From Gekko japonicus (Eukaryota): 64,000 nucleotides of DNA. The notes under the pieces are model-generated. The model was not told where the DNA came from, did not search any database, and worked only from the letters and a program-made list of their open reading frames with translations. Positions 23,721 to 35,600 of this stretch are shown piece by piece. The stretch spans positions 1,437,541 to 1,501,540 of the forward strand of contig NW_015173122.1 of the NCBI RefSeq assembly GCF_001447785.1. The letters are read 5' to 3'. Positions within the stretch are counted from its first letter, which is position 1, and every line of letters begins with the position of its first letter. A program made the translations under genes and the position numbers.

Positions 23721-26047
23721 TGGGATGTACTAAAAGGAAGGACAGGATTGCCCATTGGAAACAATGGGAGACGCTGGAAGGCCCATTGGAAATACTGGGA
23801 GCCAGGAATGCAAATTGCCAATTGACTTCCATGGGCTCCATTGGAAAACATTAGAGTATAAGTAGAGTTCCAATAAAAATGCAGAATGGATTTTACATTA
23901 GGGTCTCTGGGCCCATAGACTACTCTGGGAATGGAATGAGAGACCACGGAGTGCAATGACAGCCCCTGGGAGCAACAGAAGTGTTCAGGCATTGGAATGA
24001 CAGGCCACAGAGTGGAATGACAGCCCCAGGGTGCAGCAGGAGTGTTCTGGAACTGGGATAACAAGACCAAGAGTGGATAGACAGCCCCAGGGTGGAGCAG
24101 GAGTGTTCTGGAACTGGGATGACAGGCCACAGAGTGGACAGACAGCCCCAGGGTGGAGCAGGAGTGTTCTGGAACTGGGATGACAACTCCAGGGTGGAGC
24201 AGGAGTGTTCTGGAACTGGGATGACAGGACCAAGAGTGGATAGACAGCCCCAGGGGGGAGCAGGAGTGTTCTGGAACTGGGATGACAGGCCACAGAGTGG
24301 ACAGACAGCCCCAGGGTGGACCAGGAGTGTTCAGGAACTGGGATAACAAGACCAAGAGTGGATAGACAGCCCCAGGGTGGAGCAGGAGTGTTCTGGAACT
24401 GGGATGACAGGCCACAGAGTGGACAGACAGCCCCAGGGTGGAGCAGGACTGTTCATGGACTGGGATGACAGGCCACAGAGTGGAATGACAGCCCCAGGGT
24501 GGACCAGGAGTGTTCAGGAACTAGGACGACAGGCCACGGAGGGCATGACAGCCCCAGGATGCTGCAGGAGTGTTCTGGAACTGGGAACTCCGTGGCCTGT
24601 CATCCCTGTTACAGAACACTCCTGGTACACCCTGGGGCTGTCATTCCAATCCGTGGCCTGTCATTCCAGTTCCTGAACACTCCTGCTCCAACCTGGGGCT
24701 GTCATTCGACTCCTTGGCCTGTCATCCCAGTCCATGAACACTCCTGCTCCACCCTGGGGCTGTCATTGCACTCCGTGGCCTGTCATTCCAGTTCCTGAAC
24801 ACTCCTGGTCCACCCTGGGGCTGTCATTGCACTCCGTGGCCTGTCATTCCAGTTCCTGAACACTCCTGGTCCACCCTGGGGCTGTCATTGCACTCCGTGG
24901 CCTGTCATTCCAGTTCCTGAACACTCCTGGTCCACCCTGGGGCTGTCATTGCACTCCGTGGCCTGTCATTCCAGTTCCTGAACACTCCTGTTCCCCCCTG
25001 GGGCTGTCATTCCGCTCCGTGGCCTGTCAACCCAGTGGCTGAGCACTGCTGCTCCACCGTGGGGCTGTCATTCCATTCCGTAGCCTGTCATCCCAGTTCC
25101 AGAACTCTCCTGCTCCACCCTGGGGCTGTCTATCCACTCTTGGTCCTGTTATCCCAGTTACAGAACTCTCCTGCTCCACCCTGGGGCCGTCATTCCACTC
25201 CGTGGCCTGTCATCCTAGTTCCAGAACACTCCTGCTCCACCCTGGGGCTGTCATTCCATTCCGTAGCCTGTCATCCCAGTTCCAGAACACTTCTGCTCCA
25301 CCCAGGGGCCGTCATTCCACTCCGTGGCCTGTCATCCTAGTTCCAGAACACTCCTGCTCCACCCTGGGGCTGTCATTCCATTCCGTAGCCTGTCATCCCA
25401 GTTCCAGAACACTTCTGCTCCACCCAGGGGCCGTCATTCCACTCCGTGGCCTGTCATCCTAGTTCCAGAACACTCCTGCTCCACCCTGGGGCTGTCATTC
25501 CATTCCGTAGCCTGTCATCCCAGTTCCAGAACACTTCTGCTCCACCCAGGGGCCGTCATTCCACTCCGTGGCCTGTCATCCTAGTTCCAGAACACTCCTG
25601 CTCCACCCTGGGGCTGTCATTCCATTCCGTAGCCTGTCATCCCAGTTCCAGAACACTTCTGCTCCACCCAGGGGCCGTCATTCCACTCCGTGGCCTGTCA
25701 TCCTAGTTCCAGAACACTCCTGCTCCACCCTGGGGCTGTCATTCCATTCCGTAGCCTGTCATCCCAGTTCCAGAACACTTCTGCTCCACCCAGGGGCCGT
25801 CATTCCACTCCGTGGCCTGTCATCCTAGTTCCAGAACACTCCTGCTCCACCCTGGGGCTGTCATTGCACTCCGTGGTCTCTCATACCATATTTCTATTGC
25901 AACTCTACTTGTACCCTAATGGTTTCCAATAGAGCCCATGCAAGTCAATTGGCATTCTTGGTTCCCATTATTTCCAATGGGCCTTCAAGTCTCTCCCATT
26001 GCTTCCAATGGGCAGTCCTGTCCTGTCCTTCCTTTTAGTACATTCCA
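23721..26047. mobile_element. Non-autonomous foldback DNA transposon with long TIRs and inverted 61-bp tandem arrays
   Basis: Termini TGGGATGTACTAAAAGGAAGGACAGG / CCTGTCCTTCCTTTTAGTACATTCCA; about 160-bp unique TIR; TSD TGCCGGC/TGCCAGC. Confidence 0.88.
23940..25880. repeat. 61-bp minisatellite in two head-to-head arrays (inversion point about 24586), with a 122-bp higher-order repeat
   Basis: Unit CACTCCGTGGCCTGTCATCCTAGTTCCAGAACACTCCTGCTCCACCCTGGGGCTGTCATTC; identical ORFs recur every 122 bp from 25202 to 25690. Confidence 0.95.
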
Positions 26048-26508
26048 TGCCAGCAACATGACCACGGAAATGTCTTCGGACAGCGCTGGCTCTTCGGCTT
26101 TGAAACGGAGATGACTCCTAGCTTTCGACTGGCTTTCGAGCAAGGGAACTGGCTTTTGAGCAAGGGAACCTTTACCTCCCGTCGCGGAACAGCAGGGAGC
26201 CTGGCTCCAGCATGTCCCTTGTTCCCCCTTCCCCCGGGGAGGGGGGAGAAGATCGAAGAGAGATTCTAACACAAAGCAGGCACATGAGTAATTTTTATTC
26301 ATTGAACAGGTGTTAAGGCAGCTGCACGAGGGACCCAGACCCTCAGAAGCACTGAACGTGAAGGAAAGAAAGGGACTTCTCCCCCCCACCCCCAGCTCTT
26401 CCAAGGGCAGAAGGTATAAGGCTCTAGCCCCCCTTAGGACTGCCAGACAACAACACTTCTTTCAAGCTTCCCTTCCTGATAAAAGGTGCAAATGAAGCCA
26501 GACTCCTT

Positions 26509-26678
26509 CTAGTCCATTTCCTCCCTTTCACAAAGGGTGCTCTCCCCAATCCTGCTCAGTCCTGGAACATGGGGCTCATATATCCATTTGGGGAAGACCC
26601 GCTTGTAGAGGGTCATCAGCACTGTGTCCTGGGACTTCAGCTGCCCGTCAAACTGGCATTTCATCAGGCCGTGGGTAC
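26509..26678 (-). CDS. TSR1: TSR1 exon 15 (last coding exon)
   Basis: [32 protein letters not shown]...EEMD*. Confidence 0.93.
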
Positions 26679-29600
26679 CTGGCAACAGAGGAGAGAAGTT
26701 ATAAACTGCCTGCCCAGTAACCCGGGGGTGGGGGGGAGAGATCTACTAGCCAGTTTGGTGTAGTGGTTAAGTGCGCGGACTCTAATCTGGGAGAACCGGG
26801 TTTGATTCCCCACTCCTCCGCTTGCACCTGACTGGATGACCTTGGGCAAGCCATAACTCTGGCACAGCTGTTCTTGAAAAAGAGCAGTTTCTGTCGAGCT
26901 CTCTCAGCCCCACCTGCCTCACAGGGTGTCTGTTGTGGGGAGGGGAAGGGAAAGGAGTTTGTAAGCCGTTCTGAGACACCTTTGGGTATTGAAGGGCAGG
27001 GTATAAATCCAATCTCCTCTTCTTCTTAAATCCACACCATTGGCCTCAATCCACTTACCCACAGGCTCTTTGATGTGCCCCCGCCGACCCCACTTGGTCC
27101 GGAGTGCTACTGGCTTAAACCACGACACGTCCTCTGTAGGCAGAGAGAAAAGAATGAGAGGGAAGCAGCTAACGCGCACATCACTAGGCACTGCCACGTG
27201 CCTGCCCCATTAGTGCATTCCAGAAGGCAGCTCTTCATGCCGTCCAGCTGCACAGGCTGTATACATGCCTGCATGAACAGAATCCGTTTCAGGGAGTAAC
27301 TTCATCCTTTCTGCAATCTACAGAGCCCCAGCACTTCTTCCAGAAAAGATAATAATGCTAAGAAATCTTGCTTTGTCATCAGCTTACCCAACCCCATAGG
27401 TACTCTCCCACCAGGACCCCACACTCCCGTGAACCACTGAAGGGTTGCATGAAGTTTCATTAGCATTATGCTAAAAGAACTGGCATTTTACTCCACAACT
27501 ACCTCTCAAAGGGGTGACAGGCTGGTGGGGGTGGATGGGGGTGGGGGGATGGATCTTGCTTCCACTGCTGCTTGAGGTCCATCAAGAGCAGCAAATGGTC
27601 GCACCCTGCCTGCTGACCAAAAGAGACTAAGACCTGTACCTCTGTTGAAGAACATGTAGCGCACAACAGCCATCTTCCTGTGGATCTTGAAAGGGTGGCC
27701 ACTGAGCACCACCCGCTTGAGGGTCACCCTGCTGGGGTCAACGCTGTGGAGAGAACCCGTGGCCAGGAGGTCATGTGATCCTAAGGAGAAAAACAGACGC
27801 TGCTAGAAAGTCATTTGACCAGCAGCAGGCTAGATCAGGGTGTTGCCTTTAGGTCCAGGTAGTCACCCTTTGTTCACTGCATGTGCAAGCTACTTTTTCG
27901 GCAGGCCCTTCGACATGGAAAGAGAGGTAGAACTAGCCAGCTACAATGCATGTTGTGAGTTCAAAAATTTCCCAGCCCAAATACGAAAGCAATTTTATAG
28001 AAGCTGAGGAATGATCAACTTTTTTGGCCCAAGGTACTGAAAATTGCAGTCTCTATCAGGTGAGAGTCTACGCCAGGGGAAAAAAAACTGATGGGGAGAG
28101 ACTGGTTGGATACACCTGGAAGCATGCCAAGTCACAGCAGCAAGATTTGCTGCCAGGGTCTCAGTTGGGTGGGTCCTGAGTGCCAAGCAAAATGGTTTGA
28201 TGTGCTGTTGCTGGCACAGACCAGGAGCCACCTAGTCCTCCTGTAGAAGATGCCAACACCACCAATAAAGGGAGGTACAAGCTTTGGTAACAAACAATGA
28301 CATGACAGACAGGCTTGTCTGGGGAGACTGTTCCACAGAATACCACCACTGAAAACACCCTGCTTTCTCTCACACACACACACACACACCCCACCAATGG
28401 ATCTGTTCAGTCATTAACAAAGGGAACACAGAGCTGAGTTCCACTGGACCACATAATGAGAAGGGAGGCTCCAGTAAAAGGCTCTCCTAGAAGTCTGCCA
28501 CAACCAGCAGCACAGTGATTACATTACACCCTCAAAAGAAGACCAGGGAGACACACTAGCTCCCCTGCACACACCCCTTTTTACTTCTTCAGCTGCCCCA
28601 TGAATTAATCGCAACTGGCCTCAGGTCATCTAGTACACTGGCCCCTCCACCATATGGGCTTTCAGTCCTCTGGCTTTGCAGCATGCTAAAGTCAGGAACG
28701 GTAATATCACCCTGTGGGAAAAGCCAAGCCTCAAATGTTCCTGACTCACCGTCACTCCTCTGCTTGAACAGCAACACGGAAGCTGGTGGGAAAGTGATGG
28801 GGCCATACATGGTAGCCATGGTGGGACCATCAGCTGGTAGAAACCGCACCAGCTTGTGCTTGGATGCTAAGGGAAGAAAATGACCTGTTTAGACCCTGCA
28901 GCCATCCTGCAAGCCGGAGCCCCCTTCTGAGAGCTTCAGGAAAGGGCTGTAAGAACGCTTGCACAGGTGGCCTTCAGTCAAACACACTGTGTTTGAGCGG
29001 CTTCTCCAGTGGCAGTGCAAACATGCCTTCAGCCACTGCCTTTGCTTCCAGACCATAATTCCTGACAGGCCAGCCTCCTATTCCTTTTTTTAAATTATTA
29101 TTATTATTATTGAAGTTTATATACATAATCTTACATTAAACCATTGTACAATCATTTTACCCCGCTCCCCCCTCCCTCCTTTATAGTATCTTCATATTTT
29201 TAACCATGTGCACAGATTCTTCATTCGTATTTGGATATTTGGATTGGCTTCCCCCCTTTCCACCCATTCCTTATATCCCACCCATTTATTTGTAATCTTT
29301 TGACATTTCTCCTCCCATGTCTCTTCAGTAGCCAGCCTCCTATTCCTGGAGCTGAAGTAGACCAAGCAGTCCGTTATGCCCTCAGACAGAGGTTCCCTCC
29401 TAGTCCTGCTACCCTATGACTAGAGATACCAAAGATCACGTCTGTGATCTTCGGCATTCTATGAGCTACAGGCCCTTTTATCACAGACACATTTCCCCTC
29501 CCTCCTAACTGCAGAGGCCTCCAACCAGAATCTTGGGCTACAGAGCAAAAGCTCCCCCACCTGAGCTGTGCTGGGAATAAAGTGGCGAGGTCTGGAAGCG

Positions 29601-32600
29601 GCGGAATCCACAATGAACGATCACCTCCTCCTTAGCCTGAACAGGCTCAGTGTAGCTTGCGAAGCGTCTGACCAGGAGATTCAGCACAGACATCTGCAAG
29701 TGGGAGGGAAAACCAGAAGGGAGCCTGAGCCACCAGCCAATTAGCACACTGGCCCAAACGCATACCTCTGCAGGGGAACCTCAGGTTACCTAAGGCTCGT
29801 CAGGATGCATCGGACAGGTTCAGACACTGCGGTGAAAACTCATCACTGGCTTCCCCCTCTCACGTGTAGAAAGGAGGCACAGTTTACCTCTCCATCCATG
29901 CCCCTCATCTCCCCAATTCACCTTTTGCTCATAAGGTAGCAGGACGTAGAGCACCAGAGGCAGCTGCTGTTGGAAACCCTCTGTTACGGAGACTGGAACA
30001 TTGCAAATGTGAAGCGTCACGTAGGTGCCAACCTGGGGAAAGGGCAGACAGGCAAAGGAGACAGGATGGCACCCGGGAAGGAAAGCTGCACTTAACTGCA
30101 GGAAGCAGCGAATACGGGGAAGGGAGGTAGTGTCTGTTTGAGAAGGTTTGCTGCCAACAGAGGAGGAGAAGTCAGAAAGTCTCTGCCCAGCAGCTGAAGG
30201 AAAAAACCCTCTTTTATTTCCCAAAGAAGTGGGTTTGATGTGTAAAGCGCCAGCCCAGGCACTTGGAGCCCTTCCCCTCCCTCTAAAAGATGCAAAGACA
30301 AGCACAGATGAGGAGGAGGCCCTGAAAGGTAGCACACCTCAAAAAGTTCTCTTCAAGTGCCTCATAGAACAAAAGGTTGATAATATGCTGAAGGCCCAAA
30401 GAGAGATTCTTTAACCTGAATTCTGCAGACGGGACATATTATGCCAGTTTACTTTTCCCATTCTGCATGACCTGCTCAGAGTTTCCTGGTCATGGGAGGA
30501 GCAAGGATTCCGCAGCCCCATCCCCTAGAAATCTCCTTCCACCTCTTCTCTGGCCCTCTGAGATTTCAGCAGGCATTGCACACAGGTGGCCAACCATATC
30601 TTTGTTACCAGTTGGTCAAGCAGGGAGCTGCATCCAAACTGAGCCGAATCCCTTTCCCCTCTTTTCAGCAAAGTGGTCAAGGCAGAACAACAGCTACCCT
30701 CTGTAGACCTGGGGAAGGGAAGGGACAGGTGTGCAATACAGCTGCAATGAGAAAGGAAGTGCCTACCGCCGCTCCATCCTCTTCCGCCTCCTTCAGCTGT
30801 CGGAAGACGTGCTTCCTGGTCTGGAAGAAATCCTGGAACTGGAAGATCCGGGCGTAGTCCCTGGGGAGATTCTCATTAGGGTCCCATGGGGATGTCCGGA
30901 AGCTTTTCAGTCCCCGGTATTTCTGGAAGCTGGAAGTCAGAGGGCATTAAGCTCATCCCATGCCTTACAGCACAATCTTGAAGCTCAGTCAACGAAAAAC
31001 TTGGATGTCAACTAAGCCCTACCTCAGTGTATCTCAATACTGTTGCAAACCTCATTTGCACAACACTGGTGTCACTCATATGCTGGGATCGAATCAGGAC
31101 AGTGTCAAGGGTGCGTCATGGAGCAGGGCTTCCAAGTGCTCCCCAGCCCCAGGCAGATCCCCAACATCAGCACTATATTACACCAGCAAGAACATCCCAG
31201 AAAGGGTCACGTGCAAGGAAAAAATCTTGTCGTCGTCATACCCCCCCCCCCGACCTTCAAGTATGAATGCATTTTAAGATATCAACTATGGCTGCACCCA
31301 ATCACAGTCCTACAAACCGCTACGCCAGCCTCAGCCAGGATACACTTTACTTATGTTTATTAGCTTCTATGACCAAGGGTCTTAAGCTCAATTATAAAAG
31401 ATGAATATGCAACATTAGCCTCATAATACGAACTTTACAATAAAAGTTTACAGTCGAAGTAATCAAATCTAAAAGATCTAAAATGTTAAAGCAGAAGTCA
31501 TTAATAAAACTATAATTGATTTAAATATTCATTTAAATCATAATAACTGGGTGCATACCAAATTCTGTTCCAGTTGGGCCAAGCCAGATTTTTGTCACTT
31601 TACAGATAAAACTATCATTAAAAATTTAGTAACAGAATAAGTGGTTTCAGGATTAGTATCTGCCAACAGATAGGGGACCACCCAGAGTTCAGTAGGTAAT
31701 CGGTATTTGGTATGAACTGGAGTGATCCTAATCGATCTAGGAATCGACCACTGATTACATAATAATAGAAGATGGCCGAGTGTTTCCACAGCTCCAGTCT
31801 CACAGTTACATAAGCGATCCGAGTATGGGACTTTAGAAAAGCGACCTGTTAACTCAGCAGTGGGAAAAGAGTTAAGCATAGCAAGAGTGAAAACACGTCT
31901 ATAACTAGGTATTTTTAGGGATCTAGTATATGGAGGAAGAGATTCCGGAGGAGGAATACCCAAGGCAAGAGTAGAACATACATGTCTTGCTCAAGCTAAA
32001 GTACTAGCCTGATCAAGATTAATCACCTTTATTCTGGTCTGCTTCAGGGCTTAGCCAGGATACATATGGCATGGGGATAGATCACTCTGGTGAGTGTCCT
32101 GCACACATGAAGCATGAACTGGGAAACATTGGTAACAGAGACCCCGCAGAAAGAGCACACTGTGCGTCAACACTACACATCTAACACTACTGCGCTTGAG
32201 ACCTTAAAGTAGTCCATCTCTTTTATTTTTTTTGTATTTTTTCGTGAGTGTGCATGCACCTGGAAGTCATGGTGACCTCTGGTGACTGACCCCTACTGGG
32301 GGCCTGGAGGATATTCAGAGAGGTGGCTGAATAAAGCCTGCCCTCACCTCCCAACTGCTGGTATTTCAATGATTCCAATTACTTGCCAGAGTCGACCCTG
32401 CTTAGCTTCTGAGATCTGACGAGATTGGGCTTGCCTGGGCTATCCAAGTCAGGAAAGTAGTCCATCTCAAGACACACTCACCTCACCCAATGGAGTGGGG
32501 GCAAGGACAATGCATCCTACACAGGTAAGAAAGGGAAGGGGGTCCCTGCTTCAACAAAGACTGCCACAACAGTTTGTCTTTGTCCTCCTCCATACCTAAT

Positions 32601-35600
32601 GTGTGTACTGCCTCAACACCCCCCCCCTCCATGAGGGCGCCGATCCCAGTGTCACAGGGAAGTAGCTACATCATCATACACCAGATGGCAGTCTCTGCCT
32701 GCCTGTCACAGCAGTGTTTGCATGCCACCCTCTGCTTGGTGAAGCAACCCGAGCTGCAGTGTTAGGAGAGTCTAGTAACAAATAAATATACACTGCAAAA
32801 ACCTTTTAGCAAACTAATCTATATATCTAATAGCCACGTCGCCCCCTGGTGTGCGGATACTTATTTCCGCACATCGGGGGCACCTGGGGGGGGGAGGGGG
32901 ATTTTTGTGCACACTTGGGATGGTCCCCAGGTGTGCACAAAAATCTTAAAACCTGAAAAAAAAATCGGGGGGAAACTGAAATCCCCCCAAAAGTCACAGA
33001 GCGTCCCCTGCGCATGCGCAGGGAACGCTCTGCGAACTGCCTTGGTTCGGGGGGGAGCGAGCGACCGGTGAGGCCCAGCGGCTGCAAGGAAGAGACTGCT
33101 GAGGCCCAGTGGCTGTAAGCCGCGCGGGCCTTGCTTCAGAGGGGGGGAAAAGAGAGAGATAGAGAGAGACTGGGGGGTGGGAGAGAACGGGGGGAAGAGA
33201 GAGACTGGGGGAGGCCGGCAAGCCGGGGGCGGTAGTTGAGGGGGGGTGCAGGAGACGGGGGAACCGACGGGAGGGGGGGAAGCTTACCTGCTTCTTCCAC
33301 CTCCGCTTGCTCTGTGTGGAGCTCCCCCGCGATTTTCGCGGGTCCCCTTTCTTGTGTGTTCTATTTATGGTCATTATTTAGTAAAGTGCATAGTGTATCA
33401 TTATTTCATCCTAGTCAGGTATAAATATTCATTACATTTAAAACACTGATGCAAAATTGTTTGGTAGTTAGGAATCTGTATGTATTGAATGTTATTGCTT
33501 ACTGAATGTAATGAATACTTATACCTGACTAGGATGAAATAATGATACACTATGCACTTTACTAAATGATGACCATAAATAGAACACATTAGTTTGCTAA
33601 AAGGTTTTTGCAGTGTATATTTATTTGTCACTAGGCCCTCTGCTTGGTAGCTTGCAGGAGGCTTGCTATGAGTTCCGGGGCAATCGCTATGCTTTCCGGT
33701 GCCTAGTTGGGAGGCCTCTGCCACCTACTTCCCCCCTCTGCAGAGTGGTCATGGGATACTGACTGCATCTCTTGCAACGTGCTCTTATGATTGGGTCTGC
33801 CCACTGTGTCAGCATTACTTATTTATTCAATTTTCATACCGCCCAATTCCTGGTAAACAGGGCTCAGGGCAGTGTACAACAATTGATAAAACAACTATCT
33901 CATATTAGTTAAAACATTAAGATTACAATAAAATTTCAGTATCAATCAGATGGCGATCAGACTTTCGATTATACTACCACCTTGCAGGTGGGAAGGGGTA
34001 AGTGTCAGCCGGACGGATGCCATCGCTGTCCTCAACCGGACGCCTGGCAGAACATCTCTGCTTTACAGGCCCTGCAGAACTGCGTCAAGTCCTGTAGGGC
34101 GTGGATGTTACTAGGCAGAGGGTTCCACCAGGTTGGGGCCAGGGCACTAAGAAGACAGCCAGATGTCAATCAATCAATCAATTTATTGTAGCAGTCAATG
34201 ACCAGCAGTACAGTACAGATTAAATTTTTTTAGCAGTGATAAAAAGAGATACGATTGAATCTTAGAAACATAATAAAATCATGCTGGCATATGGGATTTT
34301 CGATGCTTATAAACCTGAGCACAGAATTTAGCCACCTGACGAGTAGTCTGGTGATAATCAAGCTTGGTTTTATTTGATCTCCCAGGAAAGCTTTCTAGCA
34401 ACGGGCTAATACTTTCCAATCAGACCTCTGTAAAATTAGGACAGTTTAAAAAAAAAAACGTGTTCGATAGAATCAATTTCACCCAGGGAGCAAGAAAAGA
34501 GCCTTAAGGAATAAGGGATTGCTTTAAACCTCCCTTCCAGCACTGCCGAGGGCAAAGTCGAACTTCTGGCCAAACAGCCATATGTCTCTCGGGCCGGGGA
34601 CCACAAGTAAGTTCTTATCAGTGAAGCGTAGTGCATCCTACATCCACTTGCAGCACATCACCACAAACCATTCAAAGGAGGATGGGGAAGGAGCTCCCGT
34701 CCGCCAGGCTCTGCGCACCCAACAAGGGCTATCCTGGCTGCTTGATCAGGCATGATAAGACTTGCAAACGGCTGCAAGCTCTGTGCCCCCTTTGCAACTC
34801 CGCACCTTTCCCTTTCCAGAGGAAAGCAGTGCTCTTACCGGATCCTGGCTGCCACATCCTGGGGAGTATCCACTTCATCTGGAAACATCTCTTCCTGTCT
34901 CTCCCGCTGGTACTTCTCCAGCACCGCCTCCTCTTCCTCCATCTTCTCAACATCCTCTGGCAGCACCATGGACTCACACTCTTCATCCTCTGTAGCTGTC
35001 TCCTCCTCCTCGTCACTGCTGCTCCCATCCTGGGACACAAAAACAGTAACAGGGAGTGTACAGGGTCAGCTGGCACAGAATAGAGGGCCATCCCATGCTG
35101 ACGGCCAGGACAGAACTCCGGTCTCCTGCAAAGCCTCCCCTGTACTGCTGTGGCCTTTCCAAGGAAGGCTCTTCTGTGATGTCCCGCCACCACTTCGCTT
35201 TCTCTCAGGGCCCTTCCCCCAGTTGTGCTATCAATAGGAGTCATCTGCAGCACCCAGGGCAATGCCTCCTAGGCTTGGGGATGGTACCTAACCAAGCTAA
35301 CATCTGCCGCCTTCCCAGAGTTGGGAGCTTTGAGCGCTGGAAATTGAGTTTGTAGGCGTGGGTAAGCAAACCAAAATGATCTAGTGAACAGGATTCTCTA
35401 CCATTCTTTGCGGAACAATTGTATTTTGTGTGACCTTGCTGACTGCTTTGTCTTGTATGCTTTCTGATAGCTTCAATATAAGTCCAGTCTTGAGAAAGGA
35501 TTACCGAAAAGTTTGTGTAACCGGTACATCTTTGACTGTTTTATTTGTATCTTGGACTATAAATATACCTACAAGCAAGAATCTTGTGTTGATAATTTGT

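Larger units (their letters stand above)
23540..26180 (+). mobile_element. Sauria SINE split into 23540-23720 and 26048-26180 by the foldback element
   Basis: The two halves join to match the intact copy at 13578 (...ATGCCGGC|CACATGACCACGG...). Confidence 0.88.

Noticed and set aside
23940-25880. CRISPR-like array or repeat-protein gene (ORFs MACHPSSRTLLL...)
   Set aside because: Contiguous tandem units with no unique spacers and no cas genes, in a vertebrate context. The ORFs are by-products of the 61/122-bp periodicity.
32660-32680. ATGATGA box C-like motif on the minus strand as a second SNORD91
   Set aside because: No guide sequence, box D or terminal stem at a suitable distance.
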